The translations under genes and the position numbers were made by a program. This document shows, piece after piece, positions 24,377 through 38,386 of a DNA stretch of 64,000 bases (position 1 is its first letter; each line of letters starts with the position of its first letter). The notes beneath the pieces are model-generated. The model saw only the letters and a program-made list of their open reading frames with translations. It ran no database searches and was not told the DNA's origin. This stretch comes from Chara braunii (lineage: Eukaryota > Plantae > Charophyceae): positions 3,288,171 to 3,352,170 of the forward strand of contig BFEA01000030.1 of NCBI GenBank assembly GCA_003427395.1, given 5' to 3'.

Positions 24377-26410
24377 TGTGTGTGAGCGCGCGCGAGCGCG
24401 TATGTATCCTCGGTCGCGTTTGTCTGGACACGGGAAGCTGTCTGTTCGCGATGCACGCCAGCCAATCTATAGATCGATGTTTGCCACTGCCGCACACGAT
24501 TACCGACCTGTTACTCAGGAGGTCTGTATCTGCCTGTCTATACGACTTAACAGCTAAACAACAACAGCTCCAGGCTGACGATTTGCACCAGTACACCGAA
24601 TCTGTGTACCACGGGGCTTCATGACGTACCACAGAGGACGACCTCTCTCTCTCTCTCTCTCTCTCTCCAACCCTCCGCACCCTTTTCCGTCACCACCCAC
24701 CTTTCTTTTCCCCACCACCACAGCACCACTGGGTACGGCGCGCTCCTCTCAAGCAAACACACCTATCACATTTCCAGCAATGCATTAGCTCGTCGGAACA
24801 AAGGTCATGGCGACGCCACTGACCAGATAGGCCCAATACCCGCGACCTAAGAGAATAATCGTTCCAGTTAGAGCCATCAGCGGCGCAAGAGGCTCGTGTC
24901 ATCGGCCGATGGGGTACGGTAATCGAGATGCACGCGAAGGGCTGATCGATGCTCGCCACAGACTAGACTACGCTCGTATTGCACGCATGCATGCTATTCA
25001 CGTCAGTGTCAAGGAAGACAAGAGTAAGCAGAGCCCGGGCTGCCACCTAAGGTCATAGTCCTACCGAGTACAACGCGTATGCGTTCTGTTCAAGGAAAGA
25101 CAGTAGCAGTCCACTTGACGAGACGCATCACCGTCGAAGGCATTACGATCCCGCGGCTAGGAAACCGGTCCTGCTGGTAGTGATACCTATGGGTCTCCGT
25201 CTTGCGCCCACACTACGGCGGCCGCCTCTCCCCTCCCCAGCGCCCGACACTTGTCCGAGAGTAAGAAATCACTGACTCCCGCCGGTGCCGTGCTACAGCA
25301 CGACAAACACGCCTGCACACTCTCCGGGACTTCCGCTGCAGCCCGCTGGCCCGCCTCCAGTCCATACAACAATGTCGCCGTAACAAGAAAACACCATTTT
25401 TCCTGTCGCCTAACTACCAATAAGCAATAGTGGTAAGCCACTGCTGTCTGGCTTTTGAACGGAAGAATACAACGACGATGACGACGGCCGGCGGACCTCT
25501 GCCCCTCTGCCTCCACTTCTGCGTCCATGATTCTCAGTGTGCAGAAGACTGTTGGCGCCAATAATACCATCCAGTCCAGGCTTTCTTCGCCCTTTTGCCG
25601 AAAACGAACAAAAAGAGCGAAAAAGTCTCTGCCGGGGGCAACGGTAGGCATGGGTGATAGAACCGTCGCAGCGGGCCCGGGCTGGCGCTGTCCACGCGGC
25701 GCCGACCAGCGAAAAGAGAGAGCGGCAAGCGACGACTCCTCGCGGCAGCGCCGGCGCCAACATGGCGCCCACTGGGAGAGAGTATCCTTACAGGATCCGC
25801 TTCCCCTCGTCGTCCTGCTCTAGCACCCTTGCGCGTGGAACTCTGGATTCGAACCCACGATCTCCTTGCAATAACCACATGCGTGGGACTTTTTTTCTTT
25901 TTTTTTTTTGCGTGGAACATTTCTGCCATGCGGATCAAGACCGGTTCCGCGCATGACAACTACAATCCAGGGCTCCTCGCTCCACTACACAGAACTGAAC
26001 ATGGACAGCAGAGGGGACCAGGAGCACTTGAACGGATCATAAACATAAAGTATCGGGTCTCTTATTATGTCCAGATGCATTAAGAATGCATGGTGTTCAG
26101 TGAGCGAGAGGTTCTCTCGCTTTCCCTCTGCGCCACTCGCCACCGTAGCACACCACTCGCCAAATAAACAAAAATAAAAATGTGAGAAATGCAAACAAAA
26201 TGACGAAAATTTTAAGCCGAAAGAGGGACTGTGTTTTCTCAACAAAAAAAAAAAAAAAAAGAGTATAGTCGCACGCACAGAACTTCTATTTGACGATATA
26301 TATACACTGATCGATAAAAAAAGGGAAAAATATATATATATACACTGATTGTTGGTTTTTATTTAATTGAATACCGGAGGCAGCGGGATTGAATCAAATC
26401 CGATGACTGA

Positions 26411-26531
26411 GGGCATACTCACATTAGGACTTTCCCCGATGCATATGACCGCTTTTCAGACACCGACAGGATGCACCTAACGTGTATTACGTCCACAGAG
26501 GAGTGGAAAAAGTCCTCGTATAAGTATGCCC
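26411..26531. mobile_element. 121-bp Harbinger-type MITE
   Basis: TGA|GGGCATACTCACATTAGGACTTT ... AAAGTCCTCGTATAAGTATGCCC|TGA. Confidence 0.85.
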
Positions 26532-29500
26532 TGAATCCCCCCAGCTTCTGTATGAAGATACGTACACTAGGAAAAGAAAGAAAATTACACATTTGGCGAG
26601 TAGCGGAACCAGCCCCCTATTTTGACTTTTACGCGCTCTTTTTCCTCCGTCGCTCCCTGTTTTTTTTACACTTCTGGCGCCTCTGCGCGGCTATGCACTA
26701 CGTTTCTTTTCTCTGGCGCCACTGCGCACGGTTGCGCCCACACGCGCTCCTTTCATAGCACCACCGCGCGCTCACGTACAAAGCACGCGACTCTTTTCTC
26801 TAGTGGCAGCGCGTGCGCTCGTAAAGCACTGCGCTTCTTTTCCTATTCCGTTCCAGTTTGTCCCCCTGACGGACTGCTCTGCCGGCCTTTCCTTGCCCGG
26901 GCCCCGGCTACCGGTCGCCGGCTGGGCCGCGCCCCGATGAGGAGCTGACTTCGAAGGCGAGCACGCGCTCGGTCAACGCTTGGGACGACCTCCCCGCCAA
27001 GCGACCCCAAAGAAAATCTGAGCGCGCGCCACATTGGCAGCGCGAACCGCCTTGCGCGGCTGCTTTCACGAATGGCAAGCGTTTCGTTTCCGCGGGCCTC
27101 CGCCGTTCAATCCAGGGACTCTCGCCGGCTGCACCAGTGGGTGGACTGCACGGCTGGCGAGCGGTAGGCACATTTTGCCCGCGGAGACGACGATGCTTGG
27201 ACGATACGTACCGGCAGCCCACAGCACAGAGAAACCGAGGGAGGCGGTGGGAGGGAAAGGGTCGTCGTAACGTACGGCACGCTGCTGCGGTTCTTCTCTT
27301 CTCTATTCCAAGGAACCCAAGAGAGGGGGCACAGCACCGAGAACGCTGTGAACGGGAACTGCCATTCCCGACGGGAGTGCGTAGGATAGACCTGGGCAGT
27401 TCACCGAATAAGGGCCAGATCCCACTAGCCCCTATTGTTCATTTCTGACCGTTGATCTTCGTAATCGAGGGTGAAAAATGAATGAATAATCCAGGGTGCG
27501 TTATGGTTGCTGCTTATGGTTTCCTTCCATTTCGATTTCTCAACTGGAGCGTTTTTTCTGTGGAGCGCTATTTACGGGCAGTTGTTATTGAAGTGGATTA
27601 CAATTACCGACATGAGGTTGTTCGCATTGTTTTTGAACCTTACGTTGCTTTCGCGCTGTTTAATGAGCTGAGTTGTTTTTATACTTTTGTGGTGGATTAC
27701 TGACGAGAGTACCGTGTTTTGTATTTTCGTAGCATTGTACGTTGGGTTTTATGCTCGTAGGACTGCGTGGGTTCTCTATCTTGAAATTGGAGCTCAACTT
27801 TTTCGTTGTTATTGGAGCACGGTGTGATTTTAAGGCAGCAACAGCAACTGAGCACGTGGGTTGGGTTACTCGCCAGCACTAGGCTTTAGTCCATGTCCAT
27901 GAATGGGGAGATCACGATCCAGATCCAGATCTAGATCACCAGACTGAAGGAGGAGGAGAGAGGATTCACGCTTACCGGACCATATTAAGCGACGTCCCCA
28001 TTGCTTTGCAGAATCGACAAGCTATAAATCCATCCTCAACTCCAAATGTTGACAAGAAAGGAAACCAATCCGATTAGCCGACAGACTCCGGTTCGAGGCC
28101 TCCATCAAATCATGTCAAACACAACTATATGCTGCCAGGATTCTAACCTGGGTCTCCATTGTCCTGACACTAAAGCGCTGATGTACTAGGCATATGTACT
28201 ACAGCATAAGTTTCGGCAGCCCTCTCAACCGTCCCCATTGTCTTAGACAAATGTTGGTTTCTCGTTAAGTGTCCCAATGTCTCCACCCTACAAGCAGGGC
28301 CATAACTAGGGACACGGACCCTAACCGAGACCTTCGAAGGCATTCTTGTCTCCCTCCAACAATTCCCACAATCAAACAAATATATATACATAAATTTTAT
28401 CTTAGACTATTCCTGCAGTTTAATACAGGAAGGTCAGGTCTCCATCTTGGCCCACCATAGTCTGGGCGACCGAGCCAGATCTACGGCTCACCACGTTGTT
28501 ATTTTAGCGGTAGTGTCCTCGCAGGTTGCACCACGATAGACTTTCTCCTGATAAGCATTCAATCAGGACTCAAAAAGACTCAATCGACTCGACTCTTCTC
28601 CCACGCCGTTCCGCAGGAATAAAACCCTCCTAGGTGGCCACACCCCTTTAAGTCTTTACTCCCTTGGCAAGACGTAGGCCCGCTACCAGGTTACGTTGAT
28701 CAGCAACCAATACTTGGGGAAGCGCCCTAGCAATGCTAAACTTCACCGTTAGCTTAGTATTTCTGCCAATGTCTTAAAATTAGCAGAAGTGACTGGACGG
28801 TGTGTCGCAACAATACAGGCCTATTGCGGGACTACGCAAAGGTCTGTCACACATAAAAGGCATTTACCAGTCCTCTGTGGGACAACACAGAGAGCACGGC
28901 ATCCTCTTCACTTTCACAAAACGTAATCACTGGCAGATTCACAAGGTCGTTACCTCCCAACTTAATCAGAGTAAGAAAGCCACACGTCTCAATGACATCT
29001 CTTGAATGAATCAATCTTGCGATATCTCAAGAACTTCACCAATGGCCAAACAAAAATTTGGTTTTTCTCGTCAGATTCTATCATTCAAAATCAATTTTTC
29101 ATACCATTAAATTTATTAAACACGTTTCGTATGAAGGAGGTCTCACTCAATAGGTCTCCCAATCATCCCCTCTCTTTCTATGATGAACTCTCACGCGACC
29201 TTTCCATAAAACATCTTCCCTCTCTGAAGATGAATCTCCAAATAAGCATACGACTATCTTTGAAGATGTTTCAACCATAAAACAACTCAAACTGAGAGAC
29301 CAACTTATGGGTCATCATCACAACTCAACAATAAGCATCTGGCATGGTAAGCATTCGAATCTCAAGGATTCATAAATCCATTAGGATTCCCACACCCTTC
29401 ACAAAGACAGACTGCACTTCCTCTCCTTATACCCGGCCCTATCATCTGCCCGTGGGCAAACCGCACGAGTATACCGAAGAGTAGACAGTTCACAACCATT

Positions 29501-30436
29501 CATTTTCCAATATACACAATACAAGAGATGTTTCCCATACATCTCTCTCACAAAATCATCATTCATCAGGATAAAACTACACATGCGAGAGTGACTGTGA
29601 TCATCATATAAAGAAAATAGTCTCAGGTAAAATCTCAACTCAATATATACTCAGGGGTGTAATATCCAACTCAAAAAACGAACAATCATAGTCTTGAATT
29701 ACATATGTACAGTTAGAGTTAAACAATCTCAACTCAGAATATCACACAAAGATCGGGGCCTCCTTGACCAGAGTTAGACTGAAGCAGTTTTAATCAGGAT
29801 GTAATCACACCCCCTAACCCAAGGGGAATCAACTAGACCCCAAGGCGTACCCAAATATCCGAAAAGTCACACAAAGCACACCAGACAATCACTGCGTTAC
29901 TAATGTGTTCGACACAAATCTCACATACTATACTTCCAGGCTAAAGAGTCTATATTTCATACACACCGAAATCACTCCCTAAGCCTCCTAGACCTCTTAT
30001 ACGTGTACTACCATCTTACCCTAGACGGGAAACAAGTTTCAATTCTTCTCCTCTCAATGATAAACCTACGTACATCGATAGCTTAGAGAGGTCTCCACAT
30101 CTACTCAAATACACAAGTGGAACAAATTTCCATTACGTAACAATACCCTTAAAACCACTCGTTAATTTACCTGCTCGTGGCATTCCAATAACGCGACTTG
30201 ATACAGTCCTAACATATCCCTCCATATACAACTATCTTGTGAGGATTTCACCGTTACCACCTATACCTCCTGTCTATAACTCGGGTTATCTTACCGGACC
30301 ATTATTGTGAAACCCCTTCCCTCCGTCCTTTGTGCTATTAAATACAGCTACATTATTGGGGTTCTATGCTTACGCCTGTGATTCACTCAAACCTTTAGGT
30401 TCTTCTTACACATCTTCATTCCCTCCAGAATCACGG

Positions 30437-31374
30437 TCAAGAGGCAGTGCTAGATGCTCCATTTCGCCGCAAAGCCTTTTTCTGCGTTCCGCCAGGGATG
30501 GTCGGATCAATATACTTCCCAGTCCTGTCAAAGACATCCCCTTCAATATTAGTCCTTATTAAGCCACTTGCTTCATCCGCTCGTCGTTCGTGACAAAATT
30601 TTATTATGTGTCCCTCTTTAGCACAATGTTTGCAAGTGTCTTTCTTCCAATCGGCTTTTCCCCCTCCAAATCCATTTCCACCGTCTGAATCCACATGAAC
30701 TCGACTTCATGCTTTCCGCTGGGCTTCGGTTAGGTTAGGGTGCTCACGCCCTTTCTTCTGATTGCCCCTCTGCCCTTCTCTTTCTCCTCCTCGAGCACCA
30801 GGCCACTTTATCGGGATCTTCTTGTGGCGGAGGTGATCCCGCTCATCACAACCTTTCTCTTCCACATCTCCGCCTGTCGGCTCATCCAACATCTCTCTCG
30901 GAGTCTTCCGCTTGCCTCTCCTAACTTCCTCCGATTGAACAATTCTCTCGTCTAGTATCTTTGCTTCTCTTTGTTCACCAGCTATCCGTTCTTGCACTGA
31001 CGCACCTTCAACAACTAGTGCAGTTTGACAAATCCCGCTATGCTGAATGAAATTGTCTTCTTCTGAAAACTTTTTTATCGGAAAGCTCTCGAGTTCACCC
31101 CATGTTCGTGACCTTAATACAAATCGTTCACTTCCTCGCTCAAGTTCTCACAGACAAATAACGGCAGCATACTCGACATGGCTCTCTCGTCCCACATCTT
31201 CGCGAGACTGAAGTTATGATAATCGCGTAGGAAGCTAGACAAATTTCTTCCCTGACACAATAGGGATTGGAGATCTAGGCTCATCGAGTCATGGCCCGAC
31301 TCGCACAGCAAGACCTTCGTGAGACATAAACTCCTCCAAAGCAGTATCTTAGCAAAACCACTTTCTTCAGCCAT
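30437..31374 (-). pseudogene. Degenerate gag-like gene with a zinc knuckle
   Basis: CKHCAKEGHIIKFC (C-x2-C-x4-H-x4-C) at ~30595-30640; upstream fragment GRNLSSFLRDY...WDE...LPLFV resembles a gag N-terminus; several stops and frameshifts. Confidence 0.65.
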
Positions 31375-32718
31375 GATGTCGATGCTGGCCTGATACGCAT
31401 AGCAAGCAATAGATCATCAAGTTATACTACAAGAAGGCTCAAGACAGATAAGGGCAAATAACACTGCTAACTCTCAGATCATACAAACTATCTTCTTGCT
31501 CATATAACAAGACCTTAAATTTTAATTACCCTTGCTCTAATTGTTAAGGGTACTATGAACAATATACACTCAATGGGGTTAGAGCTTTCAAAACCCAGCT
31601 ATAGACACACAGTAGCAGTGGCTACAACTGTCATTAGTCACCGCACTTGTACTACATAATGAGGGGGTCATACACAAGTTTGTGAGAGACGCACTTAGCA
31701 GAGTATGAGGGTACTCTCTATTGGTCAGCTACCACTTGAATCTCGTCCCAATCTATAACCCTTTCATCTGGATCGTGGGAGTCATCATAGGCATCAACAA
31801 TGTTGACCATATTCCTAAGCCCTTGACTACGGGGTATAAACCTTTGGTCCACGTAAAGGCCATATATCAACTCACATGTACAGCATCCATACCCCCACTC
31901 TCGCACCCTCAAAGCGACTTCTGCTGCGGCCTCTATCCTCATCAATCCCCCAAAACGCTTTTCTACCAGAAATTCAGACAAGACAACTCGTAATGGGGCT
32001 GAAGGAAGTGCAAACTCTTTGACAGACTTGACTTCTATACGGGTCTCCACTTGTTCCTCTCCTTCACAGACCCTGCCTCTCGCTCATTTTGTTGCAGCCC
32101 CCTCAGCTACCCTCAAAGGCCTTGCTAGTAAGCTTCTATGCCCAAGTGCCAACTCAATCCCGTGCATGTCCCATAATGAGGAAGATGCATACAAGGTCAC
32201 CCTTACGATCGCACAATCCCAATCATCATCAAATTCAGACTCAATCTAGACGAAGATACCCTTGCCTATCAGCATGTCCCACCAGGAAGAGATATATTCT
32301 CCCTTTTTGACCCACCTCGGCAAGAAAATTTCAAGCTCATCTTCGTTTTTGACGGGCGAGGTTACACTGAGATCTTCCCTAGCATAGGGCATCCTGAGTT
32401 GCCTTCGCTCTGGTCTGGGTTCTGCCCATCACAAAAAAACGTCCAGCATACGCCTTCTGTTACCATGCTGACAATCATCTTTTCATACTCTCTGCTCTGG
32501 AAACCTTAACCTCATGCTATCTTTCTCTAAAACTCATAATTTCCAGTGTTTATGACCACCCAACTTAGAGATAGCAAAATGTTATATATCCCAGTAATAA
32601 CACGTTCACAGATATCAAAGTTCATAATAATAAACTCATAAACTATGATATATTACCTCATTATCTGACATCAATAATATTTACGATGATAAAAAACATT
32701 GACATTATACCCAAGCTA

Positions 32719-33281
32719 GTATGGATAGAGTTAATAAGTCTTGAAAGCAAAAGGAGAACAGTCCATGTAGGACAGATTCCAGAGCAATCGAGACAAAATG
32801 CAATTGAAAGATAATGGAAGTATTGTGATCATGGCGTCCCCAAGATCAGGGGGACATCCGCCGCCGTTCCCGTACTAACCAGACTTGTCCTCTAACCCAC
32901 TTTCGTCCGCTGCCCCTACCAGTTACCGGACCTGGTAGGTCCACGGTCCGTCAGTCCTGATGTAGTAATCAATTGCATCTGAATGCATATATACTACTAG
33001 GTCGACCATACGGAACTATCAAACGACTACGACAACGCATAGCAAACCTCGAAAAAACATTAACCGGTCCGAGTACATGTCCCTGTGAGAATGTCCCATG
33101 GTCCTGGGCCAGCTACGGGCCTTACCATCTACAGCCTACATACACCAGTCCTACGGCCGGGCCCAGTCCTCATGTTCCGGTTTCCTTGGCAACGTCTCAT
33201 GGGCCTGCCTTCTACAACACACAGTACCACAAAATTCCTACCATCTGACAAGCCCTGTCCAACCGAACTGCAAGTGGTCAT
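32719..33281 (-). repeat. Pseudo-LTR, 3' copy
   Basis: Direct repeat of 37824-38386; about 24 mismatches by manual count, no indels seen. Confidence 0.95.
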
Positions 33282-33491
33282 ACACGTCCGAAGCTACGAA
33301 AAGCGAAAGAGCGAAAGACAAAAACACACAGTACCATATCTAAACAGGTTAAATCCAGAGAGTCCAGGATTCCAGCCCTATCCCAATAGCGTGTGAAAAA
33401 ACAACCAATAACGTAAAAATCACAAAACAAAATAAAACAAGGACAACAAAACACTAGCACCCTACCCACTGAGGAGGTCAACGGTAAACTG

Positions 33492-36250
33492 TCAAACTTT
33501 GTCTCGCCTAAAGGCAAATCTTCTCAAATTCCTCATGAATAAGTCACCCGGGAAATCCCTCTTCCCCAACTCACGTTTAAGGGTTCTAACCCTGCGTGGT
33601 ATCTCAGATCGGATCGTCGCATATCTGTCAATACGATGCAAGTACCCACAAACCACGACACTCTTCTGCTTCTTGCAGCCCCACGACCGATAAGACTGCC
33701 CACATTGAATCCGTGCAGGGTTATCAGTCCACACCGTATCCTCATTCTTCGAGATCTGTATACAGCTCAAGTAGGGGTACCTCTATGTTGTTCGGACCAA
33801 GCAGACCAGAAATTGGAACTCATCCGATCCGTTGTCTGTGCGTTTTAGCGTAAGGGTCTTAGGATAGCATTTCTCGAACCTCAGCAGGATGCGCTCCTGT
33901 TTCTCCGAAGTTTTTGTCGCGACAGACAACATCACGTCATCCATCAATCTCGTCCCGTATACCAACTTTGAATCTCTCCCGATGTCCCGCAAAAACTGAA
34001 ATTTTGCAAAGGCACAAAGAATGCAGGCCAAGGGCGGGCTGGTTGTCTTTCCCATAGGAATGCCCACGACCTGTTTCAAAAGAACACCTTTAGCCATGGT
34101 ATAACTATGATTAAGCTCCAAGCGTACAAAGCGAAACATCTGATCAAAATCCAACGACCTCCAGTGGTCAGCTCCAGTGGTCAGTCCGAAAGAAACCCCT
34201 TTTCCTCTGCTGTTGACCCTAACAGCGGTACGACCCTTCGATCTATGATACTGAAATAGCCACTCAAGAGATCTGCCGATATCCATGTGTGGTAGTTGAC
34301 TAAACATCTCCTTGATATCAAAGGAGAGAGTCGACACAATAACGTCAGAATATTTCAATAAGCGACTGTTGACTTCATTCAAACGATCAGCCAAACACGA
34401 GACCGACACCAAGTTGAAGTGTCAACTTTTAGGCAACCTGTTAAGGAGATAGTTTAGACCACGTGAGACCAATTTTCTTGTGTGAACCATCGGCTCCTTA
34501 AAGGTAGGACAGATAGGTCTATATCTGTCCAGGTCCTTCTGCTTAGGTAACACGTAGGCCGAACCAAACTCCCCCTTACTGTCCCAGCGTACAAACTTCG
34601 ATAGATCTTGTGTGGCAACATCCTCCTTGATCTCTCTCAATACCTCACTTACCGTCCCTTCCACTACCCGGTAACCGGGATTCAAAACAAAGGTCGACAT
34701 CATTGCCTTGAAATACACCAGGGGACACATCGCAACCGTCTCCCCTGGGTTGCGATCCAAAGGGGTTAAAACCAAGCCATCATATCTTCTCGCCAGACTT
34801 TTTACATGCGTGGTCAACAAGCAATCAGTAGGATGACTGCCCCCGACAGTCAGACAGTCACGTAATACTTCCAGCGAGATATTCGGGGGATCCCCTTTCT
34901 AATTTCTCCAGAGATGGAAGCCTTCACACAGTTCCTCCTTCAACAAACCTAATTTATCATGCACAGTCACTCTAGGTACGTTCTTCGTGTTATGCAGCAT
35001 CGGGTGGATATCCTCCAGGTCGCTGATGTGGAAACGGACGTGACCTTCTGACCGAGGGAAGGGTAAGCCTTCACAGCTGCAGGTCAGCACTCCGCGAGTT
35101 GCGAAAGCTCGCTGGTTGTGCACCATATCAGCTATCGATGGATTTTTACTCCAAACGATACGGATTTTCTTCCGAGTCCGCCTCAGGAAACACTGGGGTA
35201 AGTCCCCGCTCATCAACACATCATTAACTACCTTTCTAACCTCGACCACCTTGATTCTCTCATCAAATTTCATCCGAAAAACAGGGTCAGCTCCCATGCA
35301 CAAATCAAATTTATCACGAAAAATCCTGGAGATCAGTCGACGTAGGTACTTCTTAGTAGACTTTCTACTGAAATCCTTAATAGCCTGATATAGCCGTAAC
35401 AGTGAGCGCAAGTTCCAACCTCGAATCTGCACTAGCTTCCCAGGATTCCGCATGATGCTAATCAGGAGCGCTTTCAAAAAATGACACTTCGGTTTCCACT
35501 TCCACAGATGAATAACTTCAAACGTCCCTCCCGATTGTATACGTAACTTGGCTTCCTTCAATGCCAATGTGTCCCCGTCAATCCTCAACTTCGTCTCGCC
35601 AAAATTTTTCTTCAGACGCTTCCATCCCGACTGCCATATATTACCCTCCTTAAAGGTGATAGTCGCGCCCCCCCGCCCTACTTTGTTTATGGCGTCAAGA
35701 ACCATATAAACATCCACAAGCCATGGTTCATTTGTTGGCCTACGAGCACGCACAACCCTACAATCTTCGGCGTAACCCTGTCTTTTCCCACTATGCTTAG
35801 ACCTCTCCTTCTTTCCTGGTTTCTTCTTTTTAGTGTTTCCCTTCGATTTCCCTCCCGCAGTGTTTGGAAAAGGAGGCCATAGCTTGATGTATACGCTCTC
35901 GAGTTTAGACAGTTCTTGACCAGCCAGGTGATCAATCGACATAAGCACGTAATTACCTACACCGAAGCTCAAGAGCCAACGATGGAAGTGCGAAGGGGTT
36001 CGTGATCTACAAACATAGACATGCTCGCGTCATCTAGTTGTGACATCTCTCGAAGTCTTGCCTACGTATAGGGCTTTACAAAAGGGGGACAGGCCAACAT
36101 ACACCACATCCGTAAGTTGCAGGAAGCCGATACCGTATTCTCATACATTCGTAGCCATGCCGAGATGCAGCGTTGGCTCCATTTGATCTCACCTTCCAAG
36201 GCTAGTCGCAGTACGATCAGGCGTAAGACGTCTTCAACACGACTGTCAAT
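33492..36250 (-). pseudogene. PLE ORF2: GIY-YIG endonuclease - CxC linker - reverse transcriptase - thumb
   Basis: One frame from ~36130: VVYVGLSPFCKALYVGKTSRDVTTR*REH...LESVYIKLWPPFPN; CSCEGLPFPRSEGHV; PLDRNPGETVAMC; YVLPKQKD...RPI; SFDIKEMF; KQVVGIPMGKTTSPPLA; RLMDDV. In-frame stops at 36030, 34899, 34422 and 33783. Start uncertain. Confidence 0.9.
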
Positions 36251-36322
36251 CAAACTGGATTGACACCGCAGCTTAGTAAAAAATCTACAGAGGTCCCACA
36301 GGATCGGACTCTCCCAACCACA

Positions 36323-37564
36323 TCAGCCCTCCTGCTGTGCATTCTTGTCTCCTCCTCCAGTCACAGAGTCGGCAACTTCGATGATCTCGGGAGCTTCGTC
36401 AACATCCAATCCAAATCTTTCACGTGTACGATGCTCAGCGATCGCGAAAATTGCGTCAATTTTCCCGTCGTATGAGACTCCTTCGTCCTTACACACCCGT
36501 TGAAGCTCGGTCGCATCCAAATCCTTCAGTTCCTTCATCACAGCATCCTGGAACCTCAAGCGTCGTAACACTCCTCTGGTCGCTGGTGTAGCCACCTCCG
36601 GCGTCTTCTTGGGGGTCTTCTTCTTGAGTCTTGCAGTCAGCGGAGTCTTCACTGGACTCCTCCTCTTGATAGATCCCGGTGTCTTAGCCTTCGTCTTCGA
36701 CCGAGTCAGCCTCGTAGAAAGCTTCGTTGGTTTCAAGTTACCTCGCTTAGGAGTGCGCTTCGGCTGAAGCTCCATAGGCGGACCAAAGTCGAAAACAGTC
36801 TCCGGTCCCCTCTTCCGTTTGTCCGATAGGCACAACCTTTCAGTTGCCAATCCCAGTTCCTGTGTCACACTGGTATCACCCTCATCCTCCACATCCACTT
36901 CTTTCGTCGAGCCGCCAGCAGAGGCATACGTCACCTTCTTTTTACCTTTCTTGATCAGCTCCTTCAGGGGTCTGATAACATTCTCTAATCTGTGAGAGAA
37001 GTTATCCTCCAGCTTGCTGAGACGAATAGCTAGATGGATATCATCGTCCTTACGTAACTCCGCCCGACGTTCGGCCTCTAACTCGGCTTCTCTTTTACTC
37101 TTCTCGGCTTTCTTCTTAGCCTTCCGATCTGCTTTTTCCTTCTCCTAGGCTTCCCGTTCTTCCGCTTCCTTCTTCTCTAATCTCTTCCGCTCCTTCTCTT
37201 CCTTCTTCAGCCTGGCCTCTTCGTAGAAGTCCTTCATAGCGGTCACGGATCTGCCGAGTTCGGCAATAGTGCTTCTGATTTCGCCTGTGTCTTTCGATGG
37301 CGATCGCTGCCTTCTGTAATAATCCCGTCGGCGTGGGGATCGTCCTCCTCTGGAGTCCACCGACGACGATGGCCTATCGGAGTAACGACGACGATTTCTT
37401 TCTGGGCACTGATTGGCATCGTGCCCCGGTTCTCGACAAACGAAGCGCGTTGGTGCTCTGTATCTCCGACGCTCCTCATCCCGTCGTTCCTCATCTTCCC
37501 GATCATCTCGTCGTCGACTATCTCCACTGGACCTATTACCATCCCTCGACTCGTGCCCAGACAT
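36323..37564 (-). pseudogene. PLE ORF1: R/D/S-rich N-terminus, zinc-knuckle-like motif, coiled coil, basic TP/SP-rich region, C-terminal SAP-like motif
   Basis: ORFs 37145-37564 and 36323-36934 share a frame, broken by one TAG at 37145. T[R]FVCREPGHDANQC is a CCHC with the first Cys lost; LDATELQRVCKDEGVSYDGKIDAIFAI fits SAP spacing. Confidence 0.75.
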
Positions 37565-37823
37565 ACTGGATCAGTCGTAGGGATCAAACACCAAGCAGAT
37601 ACGCTCAGCGCTATACTCTTGCCAAGTAAGCACTCGCCCGCCCGTCTTACACGTCCGATCATCCAATCAATAGTCCAAGGTCTTCGTTCTTCAGTCTTGA
37701 TCCTCAAGCCCTTAGGTCCAAAGACTTCACTCCCTTCAAGTAGGACAGTTGATGTCACCAGAAAATCACGGTCACTCTTCCCGGTATTCTTGACTCCAGG
37801 TAAGTTACCGTGCGCAATAGCAA

Positions 37824-38386
37824 GTATGGATAAAGTTAACAAGTCTTGAAAGCAAAAGGAGAACAGTCCATGTAGGACAGATTCCAGAGCAATCGAGACA
37901 AAATGCAATTGAAAGATAATGGAAGTATTGCGATCATGGCGTCCCCAAGATCAGGGGGACATCCGCCGTCGTTCCCGTACTAACCAGACTTGTCCTCTAA
38001 CCCACTTCCGTCCGCTGCCCCTACCAGTTACTGGACCTGGTAGGTTCACGGTCCGTCAGTCCTGAAGGAGTAATCAATTGCATCTGAATGCCTATATACT
38101 ACTAGGTCGACCATACAGAACTATCAAACGACTACGACAACGCATAGCAAACCTCGAAAAATCACTAACCGGTCTGAGTACATGTCCCTGTGAGAATGTC
38201 CCATGGTCCTGGGCCAGCTACGAGCCTTACCATCTACAGCCTGCATACACCAGTCCTACGCCCGGGACCAGTCCTCATATTCCGGTTTCCTTGGCAGCGT
38301 CTCATGGGTCTGCCTTCTACAACACACAGTACTACAAAATTCCTACCATCTCACAAACCCTGTCCAACCGAACTGCAAGTGGTCAT
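37824..38386 (-). repeat. Pseudo-LTR, 5' copy
   Basis: Direct repeat of 32719-33281. Confidence 0.95.

Noticed and set aside
25187-25651. Host gene or second transposase N-terminus
   Set aside because: No recognisable motif or continuation
32895-32962. Hammerhead ribozyme in the pseudo-LTR (minus strand CTGACGG...hairpin...CGAAA)
   Set aside because: Core is CUGACGG rather than CUGANGA, stem III cannot be formed, and the other pseudo-LTR copy has CGGAA; only the CCTACCAG/CTGGTAGG hairpin is real
33783-36032. Selenocysteine or programmed readthrough of in-frame stops in PLE ORF2, as known for some Naiads
   Set aside because: Two of the four stops are TAG, and the two TGAs sit at positions better explained as TGG (Trp) mutations; ordinary decay is simpler
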